This document shows positions 35,241 through 45,915 of a DNA stretch of 64,000 nt, piece after piece. Within the stretch, counting starts at the first letter, position 1. Each line of letters begins with the position of its first letter. Position numbers and translations under genes: made by a program. Source of the stretch: Cellvibrionaceae bacterium (lineage in GTDB: Bacteria; Pseudomonadota; Gammaproteobacteria; Pseudomonadales; Cellvibrionaceae); assembly GCA_965262305.1 (NCBI GenBank), contig CBDHEY010000002.1:657135-721134 (forward strand), in the 5' to 3' direction. Under the pieces are notes generated by a model, which had not been told where the DNA came from, made no database searches, and saw nothing but the letters and a program-made list of their open reading frames with translations.

Positions 35241-36227
35241 TTAGAGCTTAGCTTTGATCTTTTGACTTAACTGCCATACCGCCATTGCGTAAAGTCGGCT
35301 TCGGTTATAACGTGTTATTACGTAATAATTGTGGAAGCCCAACCAGTATTCATCTCCATTTTTTCCGTAATAATGAAGAGGCTTAACATTGAGGTTTTCA
35401 TCAAGGCCTTTTTGAGTCGGGTTAAAACCCATTGATTTGGCTTTGCTAAGGGGTGTATTAGGTTTTCCTTTTTTGTTGAAAAGCGTTTTGTCGAGTTCTT
35501 CAGGGAAACGCATTCGAACGAGAGTGGGTTCACCCTCGCGCCAACCGTGTTTTTTGAAATAGTTTGCGACACTACCGATAGCGTCGGCTGGGTTGTTCCA
35601 GATGTCTGCAACACCGTCTTCTGTAAAATCGACAGCGAAGTCGCGATAGCTACTTGGTATAAATTGCCCATAACCCATAGCGCCGGCATAAGATCCTTTT
35701 AGTGAAAGCGGATCAAGTTTTTGTTCTTTGGATAGAAGAATAAATTCCTGTAGTTGCTTACGGAAAAATTTTCCTCGTTTAGGATAGTCAAATCCAAGAG
35801 TAGCCAATGCATCGATTACGCGGAATTTGCCTGTATGTCTTCCATAACGAGTTTCAACTCCAATAATGGCTACAATGATTTCTGGTGACACCTGGTATTT
35901 CTTCGAAGCGGCGGTGATTGTCTCCTTGTGTTTATTCCAAAACTCAACGCCCTGCTGGATACGTTTATCGCCTAAAAATATATCTTGATACTCATCCCAT
36001 TTTTTTGTTTTTTCTGCTGGGCGAGATATGGCATCTAAAATGGATTGTTTTTTTTCAGCTTGTTTGAGTAGATCAAGTATTTCTTGTTTGTTAATGTTAT
36101 TTTCTTTTGCGAGTTTGTTTACAAAGTCATTTGCAAGTTCGTGATCTGAATAATCAGCAAAAACTAAAACGGGATAAAAAATCAAGATCGAAATAGTTAA
36201 AAGTGTGAAATGAAAGTTTTTAAACAT
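35241..36227 (-). CDS. mltB: Membrane-bound lytic murein transglycosylase B
   Basis: GSYAGAMGYGQFIPSSY and RYGRHTG motifs of MltB/SltB. Signal sequence. Confidence 0.88.
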   Translation of the reverse strand: MFKNFHFTLLTISILIFYPVLVFADYSDHELANDFVNKLAKENNINKQEILDLLKQAEKKQSILDAISRPAEKTKKWDEYQDIFLGDKRIQQGVEFWNKHKETITAASKKYQVSPEIIVAIIGVETRYGRHTGKFRVIDALATLGFDYPKRGKFFRKQLQEFILLSKEQKLDPLSLKGSYAGAMGYGQFIPSSYRDFAVDFTEDGVADIWNNPADAIGSVANYFKKHGWREGEPTLVRMRFPEELDKTLFNKKGKPNTPLSKAKSMGFNPTQKGLDENLNVKPLHYYGKNGDEYWLGFHNYYVITRYNRSRLYAMAVWQLSQKIKAKL

Positions 36228-36315
36228 AACGTGAAAATTAATCCTTTGTATTGACGATAGAATCTCGAATTCATTCTATAGATTCCGACTAAGACGTTCT
36301 AGTGCTTAAAACGTA

Positions 36316-37467
36316 TCATGTTGTCGTTCTCTTTTTTTCGGTGGAAATTGCCATCAGTATCCCAAATCCTGACATCAAAGTGACTATAGAAGTTCCCCCT
36401 AGACTCACCATTGGAAGTGGCACTCCTACAACAGGTAAAACTCCCGAGACCATTCCAATATTTACTACTACATATACAAAGAAGGTCAGTGTGACGCCTC
36501 CAGCCAGTAATCGGCTAAAATTATTTTGGGCTTGCCAAGCAACATAGAGGCCGCGTGCGACAATTAGGCTGTAAAGTCCAATTAACAAAACAACACCAAA
36601 TAAACCAAATTCTTCTGCTAAAACGGCGATAATAAAATCTGTATGACTTTCTGGTAAAAATTCGAGTTGAGATTGCGTTCCTTGCATCCAGCCTTTTCCT
36701 TCCGTACCACCTGATCCTATTGCTGTTTTTGATTGAATAATATTCCAACCAGAACCGAGTTTATCTTCTTCGGGGTTGAAAAGAGTGAGAATGCGTTGCT
36801 TTTGATAGTCTCGTAGCACGAAATGCCACATGGGCCATAGGCTTGCCACTACTAGGCCTATGCTTCCAAATATATATCGCCAGCCTATGCCCGCCAAAAA
36901 CAACACAAGAAGTCCGGATGTCGAGATCAGAATCGAAGTACCTAGATCCGGTTGTTTCAGTATCAGTATTGTAGGTAAAAAAATCACCACTAAACAAACA
37001 GAGATGTGTTTAAATTTTGGCGGGAGCATTCTCTCTGATAAGTAAGAAGATATCATAATTGGGACGGCAAGTTTTAAAACTTCGGAGGGTTGAAAACGAA
37101 TAAACCCTAAACTTATCCAGCGTTTTGCTCCATTCACATCAACGCCAATGAAAAACACAAGTATTAAAATGGCAAGACCAAGTAGGTAAATCCAAGGTGC
37201 GATTCGTTTTAGAAAGCTTATCTTAACCTGTGAAACAAAAAACATTGCTATATATGCTATAAAGAAGAACAGTATTTGTCTTTTCAACATAGCTTCGTTT
37301 TGTCCGCTAGCACTGTATAGAACGATCAAGCCATAGCTAGTAAGCGCTAAGAGAAGACTCAAAAGTATTGGGTCGATATGAAGTTTTTGCCAAATACCCA
37401 AGCCGCGACCGAAATGAAATGTAGAATCAGGTAAGTGTCGAACAAAGTCTTGGTTATTATTGTTCAC
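36316..37467 (-). CDS. mrdB: Peptidoglycan glycosyltransferase RodA (SEDS family)
   Basis: 10-TM SEDS protein with SEDS motifs (DLGTSIL, FIIAVLAEEFGLFG). Overlaps the mrdA stop. Confidence 0.92.
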   Translation of the reverse strand: MNNNNQDFVRHLPDSTFHFGRGLGIWQKLHIDPILLSLLLALTSYGLIVLYSASGQNEAMLKRQILFFFIAYIAMFFVSQVKISFLKRIAPWIYLLGLAILILVFFIGVDVNGAKRWISLGFIRFQPSEVLKLAVPIMISSYLSERMLPPKFKHISVCLVVIFLPTILILKQPDLGTSILISTSGLLVLFLAGIGWRYIFGSIGLVVASLWPMWHFVLRDYQKQRILTLFNPEEDKLGSGWNIIQSKTAIGSGGTEGKGWMQGTQSQLEFLPESHTDFIIAVLAEEFGLFGVVLLIGLYSLIVARGLYVAWQAQNNFSRLLAGGVTLTFFVYVVVNIGMVSGVLPVVGVPLPMVSLGGTSIVTLMSGFGILMAISTEKKRTTT

Positions 37468-39361
37468 TGGATGCTAGGCCCGCACTTTGAAGTTCAATTT
37501 TTTCGTTTAGTCGCTTTTGTGACACAAAGTATTCATCAAAAACTTTTCTGGCTATCGGGGCGGCTGTTTTTGAACCATGCTCTCCGTTTTCAACAATAAC
37601 CGCTACCGCAACTTGAGGAGAACTCGCAGGCGCGTACCCAACAAACAATGCATGATCTCGTAACCGTTCTGCGATTTGATCTCTATCGTATTTTTCATCT
37701 TGTGGAATACCAACAACTTGTGCGGTACCTGTTTTGCCAGCAATTAAATAATCAAGGTTTTTGTTTATTATTTTGGCTGTTCCCATCCGTCCGTGAACCA
37801 CTCCTTGCATTGCATTGTCGACATAATCCCAATATTCCTCGTAGACTTCTACTTGTGCTACAAGCTCAGGGTCGATGATTTTCTTGCCCTGTTGTTTAAC
37901 CAAGTGAGGTTTAAATCTTTCACCACGAGTCGCAAGAGTAGCTGTCATTACCGCGAGTTGGAGCGGTGTTGTTAATACGTCTCCTTGTCCAATACTCATA
38001 TTTAAACTATTTCCTGGGTACCAACTTAGTCCACGAGTGTTTCTTTTCCAATCTCTAGACGGCCATAAGCCTGGTCTTTCGCTAGGAACATCTATTCCCG
38101 TTCGTTTTCCCAATCCAAATAAGTCGCCAAATTGATGCATTCGATCCACACCCATACGAAAAGCAAGGTCGTAGAAATAGACATCACATGATTCGACTAT
38201 AGCTTTGTATAAGTCTGTTACGCCGTGCCCTTCTTTTTTCCAGTCACGATATAAGCGATCGTCATTTTCTAACTGGTAAGAACCATGACATTGCAATACC
38301 GATTTTGCCTCAATGATTTTGTGGTGCAATCCCCCCAGTCCAAGCATCGGTTTTAACGTAGAGCCAGCAGGGTATTGGCCTTGAGTCGTTCTGTTGAAAA
38401 GTGGTAAATCAATAGAGTCATATAGCGCTTGATAATTTTCATAGCTAATGCCTGTAACGAATAGGTTAGGGTCATAAGTGGGCGCGCTTAGCATTGTTAA
38501 TATCCCACCAGTTTTTACATCTATTGCGACAACAGCGCCTCGACGACCTCCAAGGGCTTTATAAGCTGCAGCTTGCATTGAGCGATCTAAATGAAGATGC
38601 AAGTCTCTTCCCGCTTTTGGGGAATCTTCACGAATGACTTTTAGAATTCGGCCATGGGCATTGGTTTCTATGTATTCATTTCCAACGCGTCCTAAAAGTC
38701 GTTTTTCATAAAATTTTTCCAGGCCAATTTTTCCGATGGAGTGCGTACCGGCATAACGGGCATAGTCTTTTTCAGAAAAGTCATTGAGTTCTCTTTCATT
38801 TATTCTTCCTACATAACCAATTGTATGCGCAAATAGATCGCCAAAAGGGTAGTGTCGAACCAATTGAGCATCTACTTTGACGCCTTTCAAGCGATACTTA
38901 TTCACTGCTATTAAAGCGATTTCATCTTGGGTTAATTTGTACCTAAGCGGTATTGGTTGGTAGGGGCGTCGACGTTGTTTTAGTGCTTTATCAAAGTTTT
39001 TTCGATCGGTATCGCTGACTGAAACAATAGTAGCTACTTCATCTATGGTTTTCTCTAAATTTTTTGTTTGTTCTTTGATAATTGATAAGGTGAAGCTAGG
39101 GCGGTTTTCAGCAAGGATTTCACCATGTCTATCAAATATTAATCCCCGGTTTGGTGGCTTAGGACGCACTTGAATACGGTTTTGGTCAGATAAAGAAAGG
39201 TAGTCTTTATGGTAAGTGACTTGGAGTATATAAAAACGGGCGATAAGCCCACTAAAAATAAGAAGAACGATCAACATCGATATGACAACCCGACGGGTAA
39301 ATATTCCGCTTTCGGATGCATGATCTTTAAAATGATGATGTTCCTCTGGTGACCAAATCAT
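37457..39361 (-). CDS. mrdA: Penicillin-binding protein 2 (elongasome transpeptidase)
   Basis: STLKP (SxxK), SCD (SxN-like) and KTGTA motifs. N-terminal TM anchor. 634 aa. Confidence 0.92.
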   Translation of the reverse strand: MIWSPEEHHHFKDHASESGIFTRRVVISMLIVLLIFSGLIARFYILQVTYHKDYLSLSDQNRIQVRPKPPNRGLIFDRHGEILAENRPSFTLSIIKEQTKNLEKTIDEVATIVSVSDTDRKNFDKALKQRRRPYQPIPLRYKLTQDEIALIAVNKYRLKGVKVDAQLVRHYPFGDLFAHTIGYVGRINERELNDFSEKDYARYAGTHSIGKIGLEKFYEKRLLGRVGNEYIETNAHGRILKVIREDSPKAGRDLHLHLDRSMQAAAYKALGGRRGAVVAIDVKTGGILTMLSAPTYDPNLFVTGISYENYQALYDSIDLPLFNRTTQGQYPAGSTLKPMLGLGGLHHKIIEAKSVLQCHGSYQLENDDRLYRDWKKEGHGVTDLYKAIVESCDVYFYDLAFRMGVDRMHQFGDLFGLGKRTGIDVPSERPGLWPSRDWKRNTRGLSWYPGNSLNMSIGQGDVLTTPLQLAVMTATLATRGERFKPHLVKQQGKKIIDPELVAQVEVYEEYWDYVDNAMQGVVHGRMGTAKIINKNLDYLIAGKTGTAQVVGIPQDEKYDRDQIAERLRDHALFVGYAPASSPQVAVAVIVENGEHGSKTAAPIARKVFDEYFVSQKRLNEKIELQSAGLASSEQ

Positions 39362-39439
39362 TCGATTGAAAGTCTATTCAAAATATCTCGTTAATTTAGC
39401 TCAGCAACAATCTATTTGTTGCTAATTTAGTGATTCATT

Positions 39440-39904
39440 TTACTTATGGTACGGATGATTTTGCGTGATCGTCCAAGCGCGATACAATTGTTCAATAATA
39501 ACAATTCGCACGATCGGGTGTGGCAATGTCATGGCCGACAACGACCATTTTTCATTCGCGCGATTAAGACATTCCTGCGAAAGACCATCGGGTCCTCCAA
39601 CTAAAATAGCGACTTGTTTTGCATTCATTTTCCAGCTTTCCAGCTTATTCGCTAATTCTTCAGTCGCGATCGATTTTCCTTTCACATCTAGTGCAACAAC
39701 ATGATGGCCATTTTTTATCGCGCTAAGTATTTTTGTACCTTCTTCTTGCTTCACTTTTTCTACATTGTTAGATTTTGTGCGCATAGAGAGCGGTAGCTCC
39801 ACGAGTCGTGGTGCTAGTTCTTTTGGTAGTCGGCGAGAATAATCTTCGTAGCCCTGTGAAACCCAGGAAGGCATTTTGGTTCCAACAGTGATCAGCGTAA
39901 GCAT
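39440..39904 (-). CDS. rlmH: 23S rRNA (pseudouridine1915-N3)-methyltransferase
   Basis: SPOUT fold. The N-terminus MLTLITVGTKMPSWV matches the RlmH/YbeA N-terminus. Confidence 0.88.
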   Translation of the reverse strand: MLTLITVGTKMPSWVSQGYEDYSRRLPKELAPRLVELPLSMRTKSNNVEKVKQEEGTKILSAIKNGHHVVALDVKGKSIATEELANKLESWKMNAKQVAILVGGPDGLSQECLNRANEKWSLSAMTLPHPIVRIVIIEQLYRAWTITQNHPYHK

Positions 39905-39942
39905 TAGTTTGGTTTATTCCAAATCGAGATTTACAACAGGAA

Positions 39943-40290
39943 TTAGTCAGAACTCTTTTGCCTGCTTGATGGCTCCATTGTCCATAATTTTTCAAGGGCG
40001 TAAAAGTCTCGAGTTGTTTGAAGCATAATGTGAACCACTACGTCTCCGTAGTCAACCAGAACCCATTCTCCCGCATCCATTCCTTCAACTCCGATCGGCC
40101 TGTGCGACTGCTTTTTTGCATCTTCAATAATGTTATTCGCTATGGATTTTACGTGGCGATTTGAGTTTCCTGTGGCTATGATGAGGCGATCCATAACGTC
40201 GCTCAACTCGGTAACATCAAGGGAAACAATATCGAGCCCTTTTAAATCATCAATGGATTCTTGAATTATGTCCTGTAATACTTGCGTCAT
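39943..40290 (-). CDS. rsfS: Ribosomal silencing factor RsfS (Iojap)
   Basis: 115-aa Iojap-family sequence with conserved nadD-rsfS-rlmH order. Confidence 0.85.
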   Translation of the reverse strand: MTQVLQDIIQESIDDLKGLDIVSLDVTELSDVMDRLIIATGNSNRHVKSIANNIIEDAKKQSHRPIGVEGMDAGEWVLVDYGDVVVHIMLQTTRDFYALEKLWTMEPSSRQKSSD

Positions 40291-40302
40291 GCATTCTCTC
40301 TT

Positions 40303-41001
40303 TTAATCTATGTATAAGTTGTTATTTCTTATATATTGCCAAACACTGTCTGGAAGAAATTGAGTCAATACATCCTGCTCTTTTGCTTCTTCCTTTTGTA
40401 GTTTAGCTATGTTTTTTTTACCGCTTTCATTTTTACTTAGCCGGTTGGCAATCGTTTTCTTTATCCAGGTTGAGGACACATCAATCTCTGTTGTCGACAC
40501 TATACTATAGTAGCCAAAAGGCCTCTTAGTTAATTGATGCTCTTCGATCAAGCGCGTTTTTAAAAAAGAATTGGCCTGTTTTTCCTGGGCCATAGCCCCT
40601 GGTCTTTTAACCACGGCAAAATTGCTAAGCTCAAATAGTAATTGCCAATTATCCCAGGTTTCTATGTCTTGCCAAGAGTCCCAGCCCAAGATAAAAATCA
40701 GGTTATCATGCTCTTTGATTTCTTCTCGGATACTTATTAGGGTCTCGAAACTATAGGATACTGAGTTTTTTTCGAGCTCTCTTTTGTCTATCCAAAACTT
40801 TGGCTTATTGATAAGCGCCATTTCAAGCATTTTTAAACGGTCTTCTGTGCTTGTTTTGTAGGCGGCTTTGTGCGCGGGAATATGACAAGGAATAAATCTA
40901 ACTTCGTCTAGCGCTAAATTTTCCAAAACTTGGGAGGCGATGCTAAGGTGCCCATTGTGAATGGGGTCAAAGCTGCCTCCTAATATACCGATTTTTCGCA
41001 C
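40303..41001 (-). CDS. nadD: Nicotinate-nucleotide adenylyltransferase
   Basis: GILGGSFDPIHNGHL (HxGH nucleotidyltransferase motif). Confidence 0.9.
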   Translation of the reverse strand: MRKIGILGGSFDPIHNGHLSIASQVLENLALDEVRFIPCHIPAHKAAYKTSTEDRLKMLEMALINKPKFWIDKRELEKNSVSYSFETLISIREEIKEHDNLIFILGWDSWQDIETWDNWQLLFELSNFAVVKRPGAMAQEKQANSFLKTRLIEEHQLTKRPFGYYSIVSTTEIDVSSTWIKKTIANRLSKNESGKKNIAKLQKEEAKEQDVLTQFLPDSVWQYIRNNNLYID

Positions 41002-41016
41002 TCGTTGGTTTTACCG

Positions 41017-42273
41017 TTAATTGCGGATATGTCCATCGCCTAAAACAATCCATTTTTGTGATGTTAGACCTTCAAGACCAACTGGTCCTCGAGCATGTAT
41101 TTTATCCGTCGATATTCCAATTTCTGCACCTAGACCAAATTCGAATCCGTCCGCAAACCGTGTCGATGCGTTTACCATTACCGAAGCTGAATCTACTTGA
41201 GTCAGGAATTTTCTGGCCAATACGAAGTTCTCCGTCACAATGGAATCGGTATGTTTTGAACTGTATCGATTGATATGCGAAATTGCATCATCTATCCCGT
41301 TTACAAGCTTTATAGATAAGATGGGTGCGAGATACTCAGTTTGCCAATCTTCTTCTGATGCTGGTTTCATTTCAGAGACGATCTGGCATGACTTTTCGCA
41401 GCCGCGTAACTCAACGTCTTTGTCAAAGAGTGCTTTTGATATTTGTGGCAAAAATTTAGCGGCGATCGATTCGTGGACAAGTAATGTCTCCATTGCATTA
41501 CAGACACCATATCGGTGAGTCTTGCTATTCAAAGCTATTGCAAATGCTTTTTCCATATCGGCAGCATCATCTACATAAACATGACAGATTCCGTCGAGGT
41601 GTTTGATAACAGCCACTTTTGCGTCGCGAGAGATGCGCTCTATTAATCCTTTTCCCCCTCGCGGAACAATCACATCGACATAGTCTTCCATTGTGATAAG
41701 TTGCCCTACGGCTTCTCGATCGGATGTTTCAATTACTTGTACCGCTGTTGATGGAAGTTCTGCTCGAATGAGTCCCTGAGTGATGCATTTTGCGATAGCT
41801 TGATTTGCGTTTATGGCTTCACTACCTCCGCGAAGAATCGCAGCATTGCCAGATTTTAAGCACAAGCTTGCTGCGTCAATAGTCACATTTGGGCGAGATT
41901 CATAGATAATTCCGATAACTCCCAGGGGAACACGCATTTGCCCAACCTGAATGCCAGTGGGACGGTATCTTAGATTGGATATTTCACCACAAGGATCGGG
42001 AAGGCTAGCAACCTGTGCAAGGCCTTCAATCATGCTATTAAAGCGCTTGGGAGTCAGTTCTAGGCGGTCTAAAAGGGGAGTATCTAGGCCATTTTTTTTG
42101 CCGTTTTCTAGGTCGATTTGATTCGCCGCGATAATAGCATCTCGCGATTCATCAATGGCCTCACCGATTGCGAGTAGGGCGGTGTTTTTAGCTCCGGTAT
42201 CTGCAGCCATCATTGCATTTGCCGCTTGTGAGGCCTGTTGGCCAACTTTGAGCATATATTCTTTAATATTCAT
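41017..42273 (-). CDS. proA: Gamma-glutamyl phosphate reductase
   Basis: Aldehyde-dehydrogenase fold with a catalytic Cys ([13 protein letters not shown]). 418 aa. Confidence 0.92.
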   Translation of the reverse strand: MNIKEYMLKVGQQASQAANAMMAADTGAKNTALLAIGEAIDESRDAIIAANQIDLENGKKNGLDTPLLDRLELTPKRFNSMIEGLAQVASLPDPCGEISNLRYRPTGIQVGQMRVPLGVIGIIYESRPNVTIDAASLCLKSGNAAILRGGSEAINANQAIAKCITQGLIRAELPSTAVQVIETSDREAVGQLITMEDYVDVIVPRGGKGLIERISRDAKVAVIKHLDGICHVYVDDAADMEKAFAIALNSKTHRYGVCNAMETLLVHESIAAKFLPQISKALFDKDVELRGCEKSCQIVSEMKPASEEDWQTEYLAPILSIKLVNGIDDAISHINRYSSKHTDSIVTENFVLARKFLTQVDSASVMVNASTRFADGFEFGLGAEIGISTDKIHARGPVGLEGLTSQKWIVLGDGHIRN

Positions 42274-42371
42274 AGATTCTTTGTTGTTGCCTTTTCCAAT
42301 TACTCGTCAGATTATACCTTGTTAGGCATCGTAAAATTAAGGTTTGGCTTATTTTACGAATAGATCACTTG

Positions 42372-43337
42372 CTATATGGATGCAAAGTTTGAAGTGGCAA
42401 ATTTAATTCTATCTGCGACGCTCAATCTATCAGGGTGCCTAACAGCTTCAATTTTCTTAAGGCGTGCTAACAAGCCTTTGTTATTTGCCATTTGAATAGA
42501 CAAACCTGGGCGTGCGTTAAGTTCGAGCAGGGTGGGGCCCCTAGTTTTATCGAGAACGAGGTCTACACCGAGATATCCCAGTTCGGTCATATCATAACAC
42601 TCACATGAAAGTTCAAGAAGGCGAACCCAATTGGGCACCTGAAGGTTCATAAGGTTTTGTTGAGTATCTTGGTGGATGGTTACTGGACGATCGTTTTGTA
42701 CTGCATTTACTGCACGGCCCGTCGCAATATCAATACCTACTCCAATAGCGCCTTGGTGCAGGTTTGCCTTCCCATTTGATGCACTGCAGGCAAGTCGCAT
42801 CATAGCCATAACTGGAATACCGCGAAAAACAATCACTCTTACATCTGGTACTCCCTCAAAAGTAAAATCGTCTAGGGATGAATCCGAGATGATGAGCCCC
42901 TCGACGATGGCGACATCAGTGACGCCCGCCAAAGAGAAAAGACCCGCGAGAATATTAGATATATGGCGTTGAATATCCTTGATACTTGTTAACTGGCCAT
43001 TCGCACGGAAAAAGGTACCTTCTTCTATATTTTTAATCACGAGAATTCCTTTCCCACCAGAACCTCTTGCGGGCTTTATGCAAAAGCCTTTCTGGGACGC
43101 TAGCCAAGGTCCACAGCCGGATACGTCATGTTGGTTATCGATTATGCCTAAAAGTGGCGGTACCATCAGGCCATGCTCGATGGCAAGGTGTTTAGTTTTG
43201 AGTTTATTGTCAACTAAAGGGAAGCGTGAACGGTCATTGTATTTGGCGATATAGTCTATATTACGACGGTTCATGCCCAAAACACCTCCGCGCTGCAGTT
43301 TTTTAGCTGCGAACAAAGATTCGAACACTTGTTTCAC
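42372..43337 (-). CDS. Alpha-L-glutamate ligase-related ATP-grasp protein (RimK-like with N-terminal RLAN domain)
   Basis: ATP-grasp C-terminal half (GSGGKGILVI...ELNARPG). N-terminal RLAN-like region (GMNRRNIDYIAKYNDR). Confidence 0.75.
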   Translation of the reverse strand: MKQVFESLFAAKKLQRGGVLGMNRRNIDYIAKYNDRSRFPLVDNKLKTKHLAIEHGLMVPPLLGIIDNQHDVSGCGPWLASQKGFCIKPARGSGGKGILVIKNIEEGTFFRANGQLTSIKDIQRHISNILAGLFSLAGVTDVAIVEGLIISDSSLDDFTFEGVPDVRVIVFRGIPVMAMMRLACSASNGKANLHQGAIGVGIDIATGRAVNAVQNDRPVTIHQDTQQNLMNLQVPNWVRLLELSCECYDMTELGYLGVDLVLDKTRGPTLLELNARPGLSIQMANNKGLLARLKKIEAVRHPDRLSVADRIKFATSNFASI

Positions 43338-44869
43338 GATTTTTCAGGTGCTTTGAGTGAACGAGTGAGGGGCATGAAACGATGAAACTCTAGCAGCCTA
43401 TAGCCCTTATAACTGCCCATTATTAGTAACAGTGCCATCGCGAGAAATTGTAAGCCGATAAAATTGAACATTAGATGCTGCACTACATCGTTTAACATTA
43501 AAAAATAGGCAATAACGGCGATAAAAAGTGATCCCCCTGTTTGCACGAATACTTCGTGTGGTCCTTCTTCTTCCCATAATATGGACATCCTTTCGATGGT
43601 CCAACTGAGAATAATCATTGGAAAAAAAGTGATTTTTAAGCCTTCAGTTAATCCAGCTCGGTATGACGCTACAGTAAAAAGAGATATAAGGATAATTACC
43701 GAAACTATGATAACCGAAATGCGCGCGACGAGAAGGAGGTTATGTTGTGAAAGGTAGCCACGAATAATCAATCCAGTTCCAACAACTAAAAAGAACCCGA
43801 TTAAACCAGTGACTAAGCTAGTTTGAATAAATGCAATGGCGATAAGCACTGGCATGAAGGTTCCGGAGGTTCTTATTCCAATAAATAACCTCATAAATAC
43901 AACGATCAATATGCCAATGGGTATTAGAAGTATTCCCTTAAAAAGGGTTTGTTCTTCCACTGGAAGACTGTGAATCGAAAAGTCTAAAAGTGATTTATTT
44001 TCCAATTGGCTAATTTTTTGAATTTGGTTAATTGGGATTTCTTGCTTTAAGATTGAAAAGGAAGCTGACGCTCCGTAGCCTCCAACAACTTCTAGAATTG
44101 CCTTTGAATTATATTCCCAAAGTAGTCTATTCTTGTGGCTTAATTGAGCACCGCTTTCCAGATCAAATAGAACATATCGATTGCCCTGGAATACTTGCAC
44201 ATAAGTTTTAAGCTTTTGTCTTCTGCGCCCGTCCTCTAGCTCTACGACATGTACTTCGCGAGCCGCAACATTGGCTTGTGCAAGAAGTTCAACGACCCAG
44301 GTGCTAAGTGCTTGCTTTTGGGTTAACAACTGGCGGCTTTGAGTTTGGGTGTTGAGCTCGTAAATTAGTTGACGTGTTAAGGTATAAGCATCGGCAGATT
44401 TTTGGTTAGCTTGATTTAGGATACTGAGGGCTTCAGTTTTGTGTGGGCCAGTTCCACCTAGTCGGGGTTGGCTAATCGCAGGAATAGTCACAGTACCTGA
44501 TTGATTTAAGAACTCGTCTCGAATCATGTCGACTCTGTAGTATAAGAGTTGCCTTCCAGTTGCTTCTCGAATTGACCATTCGGCCCTGCGACTGAGATCT
44601 CTATCTACATAAGCTAGGCCGTAACCCGGACTTGCAGAATGCTCAGCAATTCGCTCAAACCCTTCTTGTGTATCAGGAATGGCTAAGGAAACTTTTACCG
44701 GATCGCCTTGAGCTTCAAATTCGACCCTAGCTTCAACGGACCAAATTTCCCTCTTTTCGCCAGGCAATAAGGAGACATCAAAGTTAATATATCGGTATAT
44801 ACACAGACCAGATCCCAAACCGATTAACCCTGTCACCAGTATGAGAAACGCAATTCTAGTTTTATTCAT
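43334..44869 (-). CDS. 7-TM membrane protein with N-terminal inactive transglutaminase-like domain (partner of the RimK-like ligase)
   Basis: Signal/TM followed by a ~280-aa periplasmic domain, then a 7-TM block. Overlaps the ligase gene start by 4 bp. Confidence 0.65.
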   Translation of the reverse strand: MNKTRIAFLILVTGLIGLGSGLCIYRYINFDVSLLPGEKREIWSVEARVEFEAQGDPVKVSLAIPDTQEGFERIAEHSASPGYGLAYVDRDLSRRAEWSIREATGRQLLYYRVDMIRDEFLNQSGTVTIPAISQPRLGGTGPHKTEALSILNQANQKSADAYTLTRQLIYELNTQTQSRQLLTQKQALSTWVVELLAQANVAAREVHVVELEDGRRRQKLKTYVQVFQGNRYVLFDLESGAQLSHKNRLLWEYNSKAILEVVGGYGASASFSILKQEIPINQIQKISQLENKSLLDFSIHSLPVEEQTLFKGILLIPIGILIVVFMRLFIGIRTSGTFMPVLIAIAFIQTSLVTGLIGFFLVVGTGLIIRGYLSQHNLLLVARISVIIVSVIILISLFTVASYRAGLTEGLKITFFPMIILSWTIERMSILWEEEGPHEVFVQTGGSLFIAVIAYFLMLNDVVQHLMFNFIGLQFLAMALLLIMGSYKGYRLLEFHRFMPLTRSLKAPEKS

Positions 44870-45665
44870 TGAGTAGCTTTGGGAGAGGCGCGCTTTTAGT
44901 TTCCGTTTTTGTTGTTACTATCCGCGTTTTCCTTGAATGAATAAACTTTTTAGAAACGTCGACGACGGCTACGTCTTGAATAAAGTTTCGACCAATTAAA
45001 ATTGGGTAGAGCATTTTTTCTCTGTTAGAGAGTGTAAACTCGCTTGCGCCTTCGAGCGACCCTATGCTCACTGAAAGCCTAACCACGGGGCGGCGTTCGT
45101 TATTATCCAGTGACGCTTGTTTTATCTTAGTGTATTTTACGAGTGGGGCTTCAAGTTGCTGCAACTCCTTTCCAAATTTAGTATTAAAACGCACCCACTT
45201 GTCGCCATCTCGCTCAAATTCGAGAATGTCTTGAGCATCAATAGATGAGGTGTTAGCACCTGTATCAATCCGAGCTTTTGCATATTTCTGGCTTTCTTGT
45301 AACCACACCCACTCAACGCGACCTAAGATCAATTTACCTTCTTGCGATTGATCTATAATGGTTTTTGATTTGCTATTGTCTGGATCTCTATCAACTTGTT
45401 TTGCGGCCGTTTCAATTTGATTGGCAATTGTGCGGGAGAGTAAAGCGATTGATGATTGAAGTTGGCTTAATTCCGTTTGAAGTGTTTTTTGCTGTAACTG
45501 AATTTCGTCTAATTTTTCTTCTTGCTTTATAAGTCGCTCAGATTGAATTTGGTTTAGTTGTTTTAATTCAGAATATACCAGATCTGGAGTAGTAGAAGAT
45601 TTTTGCGCCAAGTTGCCGCATGCGGAAGTAAAAATACAAAAACAAAACGATAAAACAATACGCAT
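44862..45665 (-). CDS. Retropepsin-like (clan AA, DTGA) aspartic protease lipoprotein; the 'putative ATP-dependent zinc protease' misnomer family
   Basis: Lipobox (FTSACG). N-terminal coiled coil. ARIDTGANTSSIDA (D-T-G-A catalytic motif). Overlaps the 7TM gene by 8 bp. Confidence 0.7.
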   Translation of the reverse strand: MRIVLSFCFCIFTSACGNLAQKSSTTPDLVYSELKQLNQIQSERLIKQEEKLDEIQLQQKTLQTELSQLQSSIALLSRTIANQIETAAKQVDRDPDNSKSKTIIDQSQEGKLILGRVEWVWLQESQKYAKARIDTGANTSSIDAQDILEFERDGDKWVRFNTKFGKELQQLEAPLVKYTKIKQASLDNNERRPVVRLSVSIGSLEGASEFTLSNREKMLYPILIGRNFIQDVAVVDVSKKFIHSRKTRIVTTKTETKSAPLPKLLNE

Positions 45666-45915
45666 AGTGATAATAACTTTAATTTTTTTCGTTTTAATAT
45701 CTGTGCGTTAAATGTGCAATACTGCATGTTGGGCGCAGAATGATAGCAGAAACAATGGGACTTTCGGTTAAAAAATCGAATTATTGTTAGCTGGTTCATT
45801 TTTGTTCGATTACTAACCGTAAGTTTTAGTGACAAAAAGGGTATTGAATCGATATTTGATTTGCCTATACTTGCGGTTAAAACTAATAAAATTAAAAAAG
45901 ATAAGAAGATTAAAT

